DNA of 56,260 nucleotides, the filler included, from Stramenopiles sp. TOSAG23-3 (lineage: Eukaryota): the NCBI GenBank assembly GCA_900128585.1. It is 4 parts of 4 records of this genome, joined end to end, with 100 filler letters (N's around TTAATTAATTAA, not from the genome) between each part and the next. Parts side by side here need not be neighbours in the genome. Positions count along the whole stretch, not along the records: positions 26,034 to 51,950 come from LT642283.1; 3 more parts are not named here. The stretch is one strand, 5' to 3'. The notes under the pieces are model-generated. The model did no database searches. It was not told the DNA's origin and saw only the letters and a program-made list of their open reading frames with translations. The first letter of the stretch is position 1. Each line of letters opens with the position of its first letter. Below are positions 33,455-43,132 of this stretch, one piece after another. Made by a program: the position numbers and the translations under genes.

Positions 33455-33712
33455 TAAAAAAAACAAAAAATTGGCTGTGATGATATTTATAATATTATTT
33501 AAGATTTAAGTTTTAAATAAGAAAATTGGCTGTTATCTTCTAATTAAAAGATTTAAGTAAGGTACCGGTACCTGTACCAAGGTAGTTAAAATTTTATCGT
33601 CTTCACAAAAACAAAAAATTGGCTGTTGTTATTTAAAAGTAAAATTAAAACAAGAAAATTGGCTGTTATTAAAATAATATATTCCTCATGTACCGCGAAA
33701 ATGAATGTCCTT
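33455..33712. repeat. Cluster of four or more same-orientation partial copies of the inverted-repeat motif
   Basis: AAATTGGCTGT cores near 33468, 33523, 33616 and 33656. CCTCATGTACCGCGAAAATGAAT resembles the reverse complement of 8897-8925. Confidence 0.75.
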
Positions 33713-33937
33713 CATTATGAATATTGCAAATTTATCTCTGTTCCTTAGATTTTACTAAAACAAAATACCCTTGTCACATTATTCATAAATAATAATAGAC
33801 GACCTAGTTAGTTGACGCCGTCGTCTGTTGATAATACACACAGATGGTTGTTGCTACATTATTTTAAACTATTATTTTCAAAGAAGAAGAAGAGAAGAAA
33901 AAATACTATTTAATAATTCGACCCGCAGTTCGTCGCT

Positions 33938-34975
33938 TCATTTTTCTCTTTTGAGAGGGACAACCCCATTTTTCTTCATGGTTTGAAACAGTTCCTTTAG
34001 CGCTTCATGCACTGGCAAAAGCTCTGCTCCGACCTCTTTACAAGCTGCAATCAGCTTGGTCGAATCCAGCTCATTGTTCGACCGTTTGGCAAGGATTACC
34101 TTATTTTGCTCTTCCAAAGTAAAATTAGTCCACGTAAAGTCGGCATCAATACTCTCTTTAAACATCGACAAAAGTTCGTTGTGAGATACTGCTCCTGGGC
34201 TCGTGAAATTAAATATTCCCACTTTTCCGTGTTTAGCCAACTCGATCATGACAGGCAGCATGTTCGGTAGGACAGTTATTGAGTTCTTGATGTTGACAAC
34301 CTTTTCGTACTTGATCAGCTTCGTGAGAAGGCTCCTGTGATGCAAGTCCTCGGATATTGGCATGCGGAAGCGGAGGTTTAATACATTTTCCAAATATCCT
34401 GCTGATACCAGTAGATCCTCCACTATAGCTTTGGTTTTCGAATAATAGCTCCCAATAAAGTTAGGGGCGTCTGTCTCTTTGAAACCTCTGTTGCTCCCTT
34501 CATAAATCACAGACTCGTTTCCCCTCGCTTCTTCACCTTCTGGCTTTTCGTGGTAGTGGTATATGCACCCAGTCGCACAGTTTGTGAGATGAACTCCGTG
34601 TTGGAAACAAATGTCCACTAGGTTAAGGGTACCCATTACATTAACACGAACTGTATCTTGTTTGTGCAATTCACACCAGTCTACGTTAGGGCGCCCTGTG
34701 AGACCAGCAGCGTTGACAACGTGAGTCGGGTGAAGGCTCTCGAATTCAGCAATAATATCTTTTCGATTTTCGAGCCTGGAAGTTGCAGCAAATACTTGCT
34801 CTTTCCCAGAACTCAGTAGATCTACGATCATTTTACCTACCCATCCCGTACCACCGCCAAATATAAGCCACCTTCTCGGCCCTTTTGCATCAACCTTCAA
34901 ACGCTTAACAGGCCTGGGATTGTCGTAGACATGGTATTTCTCGGGACCATTACTGGTATCTTTTGTGGCGCTCAT
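33938..34975 (-). CDS. NDP-4-keto-6-deoxyglucose 3,5-epimerase/4-reductase (NRS/ER, UER1-type; rhamnose synthesis)
   Basis: WLIFGGGTGWVG, PTHVVNAAGLTGRPNVDWCE, ATGCIY, PNFIGSYYSKTK, LRFRMPIS and AKRSNNELD. Confidence 0.93.
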   Translation of the reverse strand: MSATKDTSNGPEKYHVYDNPRPVKRLKVDAKGPRRWLIFGGGTGWVGKMIVDLLSSGKEQVFAATSRLENRKDIIAEFESLHPTHVVNAAGLTGRPNVDWCELHKQDTVRVNVMGTLNLVDICFQHGVHLTNCATGCIYHYHEKPEGEEARGNESVIYEGSNRGFKETDAPNFIGSYYSKTKAIVEDLLVSAGYLENVLNLRFRMPISEDLHHRSLLTKLIKYEKVVNIKNSITVLPNMLPVMIELAKHGKVGIFNFTSPGAVSHNELLSMFKESIDADFTWTNFTLEEQNKVILAKRSNNELDSTKLIAACKEVGAELLPVHEALKELFQTMKKNGVVPLKREK

Positions 34976-35177
34976 ACCACCCTTTGACTGTAGTTCTAAA
35001 CAATGAAAACAATTGATAGAAATAATTCAAGACGAACAGCAGTATCCGCTTTCCTTTATTAGTTCAACAACAGAAACGTTATCAATTTTAATTAATATGT
35101 CTTAAGGTGAGGAGAAAGAAATAATTACGTTATAGGAATAATAGGTCTATGTACATGTGAGAAACCAAAAACCAAGA

Positions 35178-35308
35178 TAATAGTTGTCGTCTATTAGTAG
35201 ATGAGTGGAATGAGAAGAGAAGAGAAGAGAAGAGAAGAAGAAAAATAGTTGTCGTCTAATGTGAGAAGAGAAGAGAAGAGAAGAGAAGAGAGGAGAAGAG
35301 AAGAGAAG
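35178..35308. repeat. (AGAAG)n tracts with duplicated ATAGTTGTCGTCTA
   Basis: Directly visible. The 14-mer occurs twice, each time followed by pentamer runs. Confidence 0.8.
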
Positions 35309-35754
35309 CGGGAAAAAAGGAGGAGGAAGAAGCAAGCGTGCGGTGGTGCGGTGACCAAGTGTTGAAATTTTATAAAAGAATAATGGCTGTCAGTCAGTGG
35401 AATCATTTTGTGTTATAATTAGGGTTCATAAATTAATATTTAAGGTTAATATAATTTAATTAGTAATTATGGTTTTGTTTTTATTATATGATATTAATTA
35501 GTAAATATTATAATTTTTACTATTTGTAATATATTCATTCCTTAATATAATTCATTGTGTGGGGCAACACAAGGCCATCGATTATTTTTCCTCAACTACG
35601 ATCGTAGTCCTACGGTACTTCCTTGTGCAGATGAACTTGTACTCTAAATATAATAATAAAAAAAAAAGAAGAAGATGATATTTATTTTTTCAGTAAAACA
35701 AAGGGCACACAGGGACGATAGACGACTAAGTAAATTAGCCACCACCAACAAAAA

Positions 35755-35808
35755 AAGAAGAAGAAGAAAAAGAAGAAGAAGAAGAAGAAGAAGAAGAAGA
35801 AGAAGAAG
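35755..35808. repeat. (GAA)n microsatellite
   Basis: Directly visible trinucleotide run. Confidence 0.9.
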
Positions 35809-36410
35809 ATAGAACTTTTTTTTTTTTAAATGCAAAAAACAAACGGAAGAGCGGTAGTTCATGAGAAAGAAGTAATTGAACTCTTCAATGACTGATGGTT
35901 TCCAATTCTCGCAGGGTCTATCAACAGGCCAACTAAATATGATCTAAAACAGAGTGCCTAACTCCACACAGATCTGGTGCAATTCTGTAACAATTACTTG
36001 TGTGAGAGTCCGTGTGTTGTATTTGTAAGTTCTTCTTATACTTTATCAATTGTGTGCTCTCTCCTCTCTCTCTCTCTCTCTCTGCGTGTGTGTGTCTCGC
36101 TCTCGCCCTCGGACCGCAACGAGAAATAAGGGCAGCTTAATAGTTGGTGTATGTTTATTCTTGTAATTTACACTCGTTCCCGCTGCCAAGATCAACAGCT
36201 TTATTGCTAGGGACTGAACATCCCGGCGAGAATACAGAGTTTTGGGCCTTCTCTTTGCCGCAAAACCAAAAAACTCGGTACAAATATTGTGATGTCCGCT
36301 TCCTCACTTCTTCGTTTCACTTCCTCTACAAACTGTCGCTAATTAACAACCTTTGTTCATTTGTAAAGTTGCTAAAAGATTAGCTTACTTCCCTGAAATA
36401 TTACTTGAAA

Positions 36411-36833
36411 ATGAGATTGTTCGTCTATGTGCTGTTGCTGGCTTTAGCCTCTATAGGCTTTGCGGACCAGTTTACGACGAACCACCGGCATGCACACGCC
36501 AACCATATTTTGGTCAAGACCAAACAGGAGTGTGAAGATCTTAAATCAAAAATTGACAACGAAAACGCTGATTTTGAACTTTTGGCAAAGGAGTACTCCA
36601 CTTGTCCGAGCGGTAAGCGCGGGGGTGATTTGGGGACATTTGGTCCTGGGCAGATGGTTGCACCATTTGATAAAGTAGTTTTTAGTGCAGAAGTTGGCAA
36701 AGTGCACGGGTGTGTGAGGACCCAGTTTGGGTACCATCTCATCTGGATCCGAAAGCGCGACGATTCCGGTGATGGGCTGGCGGCAGTTGGTGGGCATGCC
36801 CATTTAGCAGAGGAAGATTTAAAAGAAATCTAG
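36411..36833 (+). CDS. Parvulin-type (PpiC-like) peptidyl-prolyl isomerase with signal peptide
   Basis: HILVKT, FELLAKEYSTCPSGKRGGDLGTFGPGQMVAPFD and TQFGYHLI. Signal peptide MRLFVYVLLLALASIGFA from ATG 36411. Confidence 0.92.
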   Translation: MRLFVYVLLLALASIGFADQFTTNHRHAHANHILVKTKQECEDLKSKIDNENADFELLAKEYSTCPSGKRGGDLGTFGPGQMVAPFDKVVFSAEVGKVHGCVRTQFGYHLIWIRKRDDSGDGLAAVGGHAHLAEEDLKEI

Positions 36834-37274
36834 GCTGTTGTCTTTTACAAAAAGATGTATTGTTTGGTTTGCCTTGAGTGGTATGTAACATTTATTAGTC
36901 AACTTGCGGCATTTAGAGGACTTCCAAACCAATATATGTCAAACATTAAATTTAGGATAAAAGATTAATGTTAGAATTTAAGTTAAGTTAAATATAAAAA
37001 CAAGAAAATTGGCTGTTATTTAAGTAATTAAATTTAGCTTCGTCGTACCCTAATCCTCTTAAAAAAAAGTGGGGGGGGCTTCTTTCCTCGTTTATATTTT
37101 TATCGAGGATAATCTTCTTTTACTTTTTAATAACATTACACAGCATATAATTTCAGCACATTTGTGGTTTCCCTTCTAATTAATTTCAGCACGCATCAAC
37201 ATATATATGTATTGACTAGTTTAAATATTTAAATAAAACTTGAATAGATATAATATACAATATCGAAACTTCTT

Positions 37275-37535
37275 TTAATAAATAGTGTCTTCTAATGTTC
37301 CCGTTATTTGGTCACACGTCCCTTTATTGCACGTACATTTGTCAACTGTGTTATCCGTTTGCCCATCTTCGTATTCGCAACGTTTTATGTCCCAACTGTT
37401 GCCAGTAACTTTTGTTAACAGCGAGTCGGAACACGAGTGTGAATCCCACAGGCAGTATTTTCCAGTAGTTTCGCTGCAAAACATACCATTACATTGGCAA
37501 GATAGCAAATTAACATCTTGTCCTTTAATGTATCT
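37275..37535 (-). pseudogene. Fragment of a Cys-rich repeat (surface-protein-like) gene
   Basis: Minus-strand frame NLLSCQCNGMFCSETTGKYCLWDSHSC...CEYEDGQTDNTVDKCTCNKGTCDQITG shows two N...CxC....C...TG units. It has no credible start of its own, and the second unit is cut off. Confidence 0.5.
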
Positions 37536-38256
37536 ACATGCAGACACAGAGCCCGGTACCTTGTTTGTGCCTGGACATTGCAACACGTTGAAGGAGGCGG
37601 TGGAGAGGGTGCACGGGGACGATGGGTTGACCACCATTGTGGTGGGGAAAGGGGAACACCAGATCGACGGTGATTGTTTGGAGCCTGCTTCCGTCATGAA
37701 CATTGTGGGTGATCCGGGGGTGCCGAAAAGTGAGATTGTGGTCGTGGGTGGGATTAGGTTCAAGTACGGGATTCCAGGGAATTGCCATCTGCAACACCTG
37801 ACACTGCACCAAGCCAAGGAGCATGGAGTGTATGGGTATTCCTCTTTTACGATGGAAGATGTCCTTGTGGAACAGTGTTGTGAGTGTGGTGTGGTTGCGG
37901 AGGGTACTGGCGTCGTCGGAAGATGTACCAACGTGGAAGTGCGCCAATGCGGAGCGACTGGAGTGGTTGCATTCAATGATGCCTCCATCACATTGATCGG
38001 TGCCAAGACGACGGTGCACCACAATTGTACAAAAGGAGGGAGTCATGATTACGGGTTGCAAGTCTGGGGTGCCTCTTCCACCATTCAACTGGTCTCCCCC
38101 TTGATCAAAGAGGAAGTCTCCCTCGACAACGGTGGGGGTGGCAATTGGGGGGCGGAACGTGGTGCTGACATCAATCAAATCAATAAAACAAGAAAATTGG
38201 CTGTTATTTCAGTAATTAAAATCAATATGAAAAACATTATCAAAAAAAAAATTTAA
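37528..38256 (+). pseudogene. Right-handed beta-helix (pectin-lyase-like fold) gene or gene fragment
   Basis: GC-rich island: TLFVPGHCNTLKEAV...TTIVVGKGEH followed by helix coils (VLVEQCCECGVVA, VEVRQCGATGVVA, TVHHNC). The frame reads straight into the repeat motif at 38184. Confidence 0.6.
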
Positions 38257-38848
38257 AACCCTAATTTAGTTTATCTAAATAGTAAGTAAATGTTTCACAA
38301 ATTAGAAATTATTTTTATGATATGCAAGAAAAATTTTTGAGGAAGAGTTGATTATGGGTCTGTGGAAGCAGTGTTAATCCATCTACTGATTCAGATCATA
38401 AATTGAGTACATCTGAGAATGATATTTAAGTTCGCAGTTCATGAAGGAATGCAAGCCTAGAATATCTAAATCTAGATCTCAGTTCGCAGTACATTAATTT
38501 TAATTACTTAAATAAAAACAAGAAAATTGGCTGTTATTTTACGATCAAACTCAATACCGATCATTATTTCATTGAGCAGTACCACAGACAACGAGCCCCT
38601 TTAAAACATTTATGCCGCTAATTTTTCTTGATATCATATAATTTGTTTTTCATATTTAAGTAATTAAATTTAGCTTCCAATAAATAGCAGCCAATTTTCT
38701 TGTTTTAAAATTACTATAAAAAATAACAGCCAAATTTTTCTTGTTTTTAAAAGTTATCATAAGATACTTTGTTTTTTCATATACTTCGTATTTATGAGTA
38801 ATAACAAATTCGTATGATAACATACGACACTAGTTTTCTTTTCTGCAA

Positions 38849-41499
38849 TTATGCTTGGCTATTCTTCTTCCCGTCCGCATACAGTTGTCCGTACAGTTCA
38901 CCGGTGCTGTTAAACATACGCAACTTCCACATTTTTATGTTTATCTCATGCGCCATAGCGGCTCTGACAATTCCGCGGTGCCATTTCGGTAGCGATAAGG
39001 AGTGTTTCATACTAGCTCCTTCCAAATACATTAACTCACTTGGTCTCTCTAGGCCACCACCCCTACTTTCGTCAACTCCTTCTCTGCTTTGATAGGCATC
39101 TATGAGAAAAGCAACCAGAACATTCATAACGCAGACAACGCAGACCAAATTAAAAGAAATGAAATACACAACAGCCCAACCTGACGTGGCAGCAACTGCC
39201 CCCTCCATTACTATCGGCCAATTGTTGACTACCATCTGTTCAAAAAGAGTAACTAGAGCCCGTGGAAAGGTGTCAAAATTGTTGGCGTAGTAATCGAGGC
39301 GGTGGTACGAACTTTGGAAAAAATCCATGTTGCCTTCATTGCTCTTCCCCGACATACGGTTGCCGAATAATTCCATGCCAAGAATTGCGTACATATAAAT
39401 GACAACTAACAAAATCATAAAAAAGCGAAATACTGCAGGTAAAACGGTAACGATTGTGCTGATAATCCGGTTGTACTCTGGGAACGATTGCAGTATACGG
39501 AGCACTCGAACCATACGCAGCATCAACGCGCAGAAAGCAAGATAGTTTAGGTTCGATGAGTGTGACGTATCCGCAGCATCAACAATGTATACGGTCAAGC
39601 CAATTGTGATGGTAACGAAATCAATGATATTGAACCAACTATTGCGGAAAAATTTCTTTATTCCCATGCCAAGACATTTCATTAACACTTCGACAATAAA
39701 TAAAAACAGCATTACGGTTGCGACAACATCAAATCCATCTTTTAAGGGCGCGCTCAAGCTCAATTCTTCCTCCATTACCAGTGTGACTACGACGGCGGTA
39801 TTTAGTAGAATCAGGAAGTCAAAAACTCGATCCCACCACTTTGAAGAGATTATATCCATTATTCTGGAGCGAACATAGAAACGCTTTGCCAACAGCTTTT
39901 GAAAACGAGTTTCAGCTGAAATGTTACTCTCTGGTCTGGAAACTTTCTGCACCTTGATCATGGCGTATTTCATAGCCTGTCGGAACACCTCCAGCGTCAT
40001 TTCCAATTCTGGTCGTTCGTCTTTCGAACGTGCTCGGCCTTTGCTTTCGAAGCCATCATCACAAACCCACCAATATATAGCGTGGGCAACATCTTGGTGC
40101 ATTGTTTTGTTCATAGACATGAGCATGTCCGTCCATTCGTTTATCGAAATGGCCGTGAAAATGCGGCGAGCAGTGCTATCTTCGGCGCCAATTATGGCCG
40201 GACTGGACAAGTCCCTCGCGCGACAAAGCAAGGAATGGGCGTATGCAAATGCGTTCTCCCTTGCGGCAAAAAAGGACCTGTATTTGTGTTTTGTTTGGTT
40301 TGAAAAATGTGTGTAAATTACAGCCAACACCAGACTCATCAAAAAGTACAAGCCAACCATTAAGTAAACAACGAAAAAAAGTGAATAGTATTGTTGACAA
40401 CGGTAAACTGGCATCATAATGTCCGGAAAGTTCGCAGTTGTTAACAAAATGAACATTTGCAGCAAAGAACTGCCTAGGGTGGCAAAATAATCTTCGCAAA
40501 TTCCGTTGTATGTTGAGCAGTATCTATGCCCTTCAAGCGTCCTATTCATTAGATCTCTCTTAACTTCAGGATGTTTTGAAAGAATATTTGCCGTATTGTT
40601 GGTTTTCATCAAGGAACCAGCAAACGTGCAAGAACCAGAGGCTGGACCAGTCATGCCGCGGAACATCACATGCCCCAGCACGCCGAAAAAAGTAACATGC
40701 AGTGCTACCAAAACTAAAACGTTCAGTATTTTGGGGGCAGACTTCACAATCGCAGATGCAATCTTTTTAACGTTGCGCAGTCTTTCGACGACTATTAATG
40801 GTCTTAACACCCGCGAAACGTGCCAAAGGCTTGGAAACAATATACATAGAGCGGTGTTAAAAACCATCATGACTATCAAAGCAATCCTAAGCCTTATGGA
40901 GGTGACCGATAAAGCGTCTTTTTTGAAACGGTACAATAGCACAATGTCAATAAAGAAGATAAAAATGCATACCAGGTCTAAGCACAGCATAAGAGTTTGC
41001 ATGCTGCTGTTTGTTGCTCCAGAAGTGACAGTTGAGGTTTCTTCCCAAATTGCAAGAGCCATATTGAGAAGCGCTGTGGCCAGGTAAAAGGTTCCTGCGA
41101 AAAAAAGAAAAGATCGTTAGCACATAGCACGGGTGCGGTGGAAGGTGGGAAACGTATTGATCTGTACTTACGCCAAAGCGAGCTATGGTAAAACTTCCCT
41201 ATTCGAAGTCCCCATAGATCGGGTAGTGGGCCTTCTGAGTGCTGCCGGCCGTGAACGCCTCCGTTCGCTACGAAACCAGCGTAGGATATGAGACGATAAC
41301 GCTTCTCGCCTTTGGCGTGTTTTTCGCCTACGAAAGATACAGGTTCCTCGAACGGGTTTAATGTACTACGTTGCAACTTATTTATCTTTACAGGCGATGT
41401 ATTAAGTTGCAAATTTCCTACTGATAATGGCAGTCCCTCAGGTTCCGAACTAGTAATTCTGAGCTCTAAAGAAGGCGGCCGCACATTTTTCTGAGGCAT
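38849..41499 (-). CDS. TPC: Two-pore channel (TPC family), two exons
   Basis: Two 6-TM repeats with pore motifs LLTTANFPDIMMP and EQMVVNNW, and S4 segments SRVLRPL and LRMVRVLRIL. Exons 41499-41172 and 41094-38849 join in frame (HSSLW-R-TFYLATALLNMALAIWE). Confidence 0.9.
41095..41171 (-). other. 77-nt spliceosomal intron in TPC
   Basis: Minus strand reads GTAAGT...TGCTAAC...TCTTTTCTTTTTTTCGCAG. Removing it fuses the two ORF-track frames. Confidence 0.9.
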
Positions 41500-42719
41500 A
41501 GTAACTAAAGAAAAACTGGCGTTGCAGATAGCGAGATAAAAATGACTAACTCCACCAACTAAATAAAACAAAGATTGGGTGGGTGTTCCAGTTGTCTGTA
41601 AAGTGAAGGTTTGGATTAACTTCTCCTCCCGGGTGTGGATATCTACTTCTAGCTCAAGAGAACTTTAGCACGTACAGTGTTTGTGCGATTTGGTGGAACA
41701 AAGAAAAACTGTATAGATAAAAGGCAGCATTTCAATATTTCAAGTTTTACGTAGTAGTTGTAAATAATAAGAAGTACGCGAAAAAAAAAAGAAAAAAGCT
41801 TTTTTTTTTCTCTTCTTCTCCTTGTTCTTTCTTCTGCTGAGGAGGAGTCGTCGTGACCGGCGTGACGGTGTGACGGTAGATAATTGTAGTGTCTAGTAAT
41901 TTATTGAAATACAGGCACGCAGTATGTGCTCATTTTTAATTTTATATTCTTAGAATTTATACAAGTATAAAATTCAACCGACGAACTTCATTTTGATAGC
42001 TATAATAATGTGACACTGTACCGTACTTGTTATTCTAATAATGCCATTACAACATCCATCCATAACTGTCCACTTTTTCTCCGAGCTCATTCAGTATTAT
42101 TTTTTTATTATTTTACGTTAGTCTAATACAGCATTAAATAAATAATAAAATGTGCAATTACGAGTACTACTGTATTATAAAAATAGGACTATTAATCCAC
42201 TGTGGATTAGCTAGACTATTTACTACGTAGTCGTTCTAATAAAAAATGTGAACGTTAGCGCTTGCCTTGCTGGATCAAAAACTGGAAAATAAAAATATCT
42301 TCTGCTGTGTTAATGTTGATAATTAATTAAATTTTTAAAAAAAAAGAAAACAATTAGAGATGATTGATATCAATATTAAGTACGTAGTTGAAGAAAAGAA
42401 AGAAAGACAGAAATTGAGAAAAGAGAAGATCGATTTGACGATTCGCTTCGTTGGTTCAACGAAATGACATCATTACAGCATTGGTTCCTTTTCAATTCCA
42501 AATTGATTTGTGTTTGTTTCATTGATCGTTCGAAATTAAATAAATAAATAACTTCATCAAAAAATAAATAAAAGGCTATTACAGGATTACAGGGTAGGGT
42601 CTTCTTGCATACAGTTTGGATTATTCTTTGGTCTTCCTTCTCTTCTCTCTCTTTGCTGTTGTTATAGTAAATTTCATTGTGTTGTTCTTTTTTCTTCTTT
42701 TTTAGTTTTAACCCCCCCA

Positions 42720-42775
42720 CACCCCACACCCCACACACACACACACACAACACACACACACACACAACACACGCG
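42720..42775. repeat. (CA)n-rich microsatellite
   Basis: Directly visible. Confidence 0.85.
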
Positions 42776-43132
42776 CGCGACCATCATACTACTACTGTAA
42801 ATCTCATTTGTTGAATTTTATTTTTCCTAATGGTAATTACCTGTCTAAAAAAGAAAAGATGATGGTGGTGGTTTCATTCGCAAAACTTTTTTTATTTTTT
42901 GGTCGGTCAAATAATACGTACTTGTAATACATTAGAAGGGATGTACAAGTTTGGGTTTAATTTCATTACCGTCGTTAACTTTCCCGATATAAGTTCTATA
43001 GATTCTGGTAAAGCTGTTTATATTTTGCAAAACAAATACTCAAACAGCTTATTGTAGACACTCTATAGACCGACAAAAAGCGTTTACTGCTTCGTCAGGA
43101 TTCAAGTACTGACTCGAGTGTCATTGAGAACA

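Larger units (their letters stand above)
36995..38749. mobile_element. Composite block bounded by inverted-repeat-family ends and carrying gene fragments
   Basis: Forward ends at 36995-37035, 38184-38222 and 38513-38539. Reverse ends at 38496-38515, 38682-38707 and 38721-38749. 38365-38515 matches the interior of the 8658-8972 element. Confidence 0.55.

Noticed and set aside
35147-35862. Small ORFs rich in Leu/Phe/Ser in spacers (also 42376-42765, 47398-47724, 54154-54426)
   Set aside because: They are translations of microsatellites and tandem repeats.
37285-37527. N-terminal part of the 323-aa plus-strand ORF 37285-38256
   Set aside because: It is the antisense of the Cys-repeat fragment. 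The protein-like beta-helix sequence starts only near 37540.
8646-38263. Single TTAGGG/CCCTAA hexamers next to repeat ends (8646, 37048, 38259)
   Set aside because: These are isolated single units with no tandem telomeric array, too weak to claim telomerase healing.
33455-38749. CRISPR-like reading of the ~40-nt repeated motif
   Set aside because: Spacing is irregular, copies are degenerate and in both orientations, no cas genes are present, and the context is eukaryotic.
40978-41571. Separate 197-aa ORF or programmed frameshift upstream of TPC
   Set aside because: Explained by the canonical 77-nt intron.
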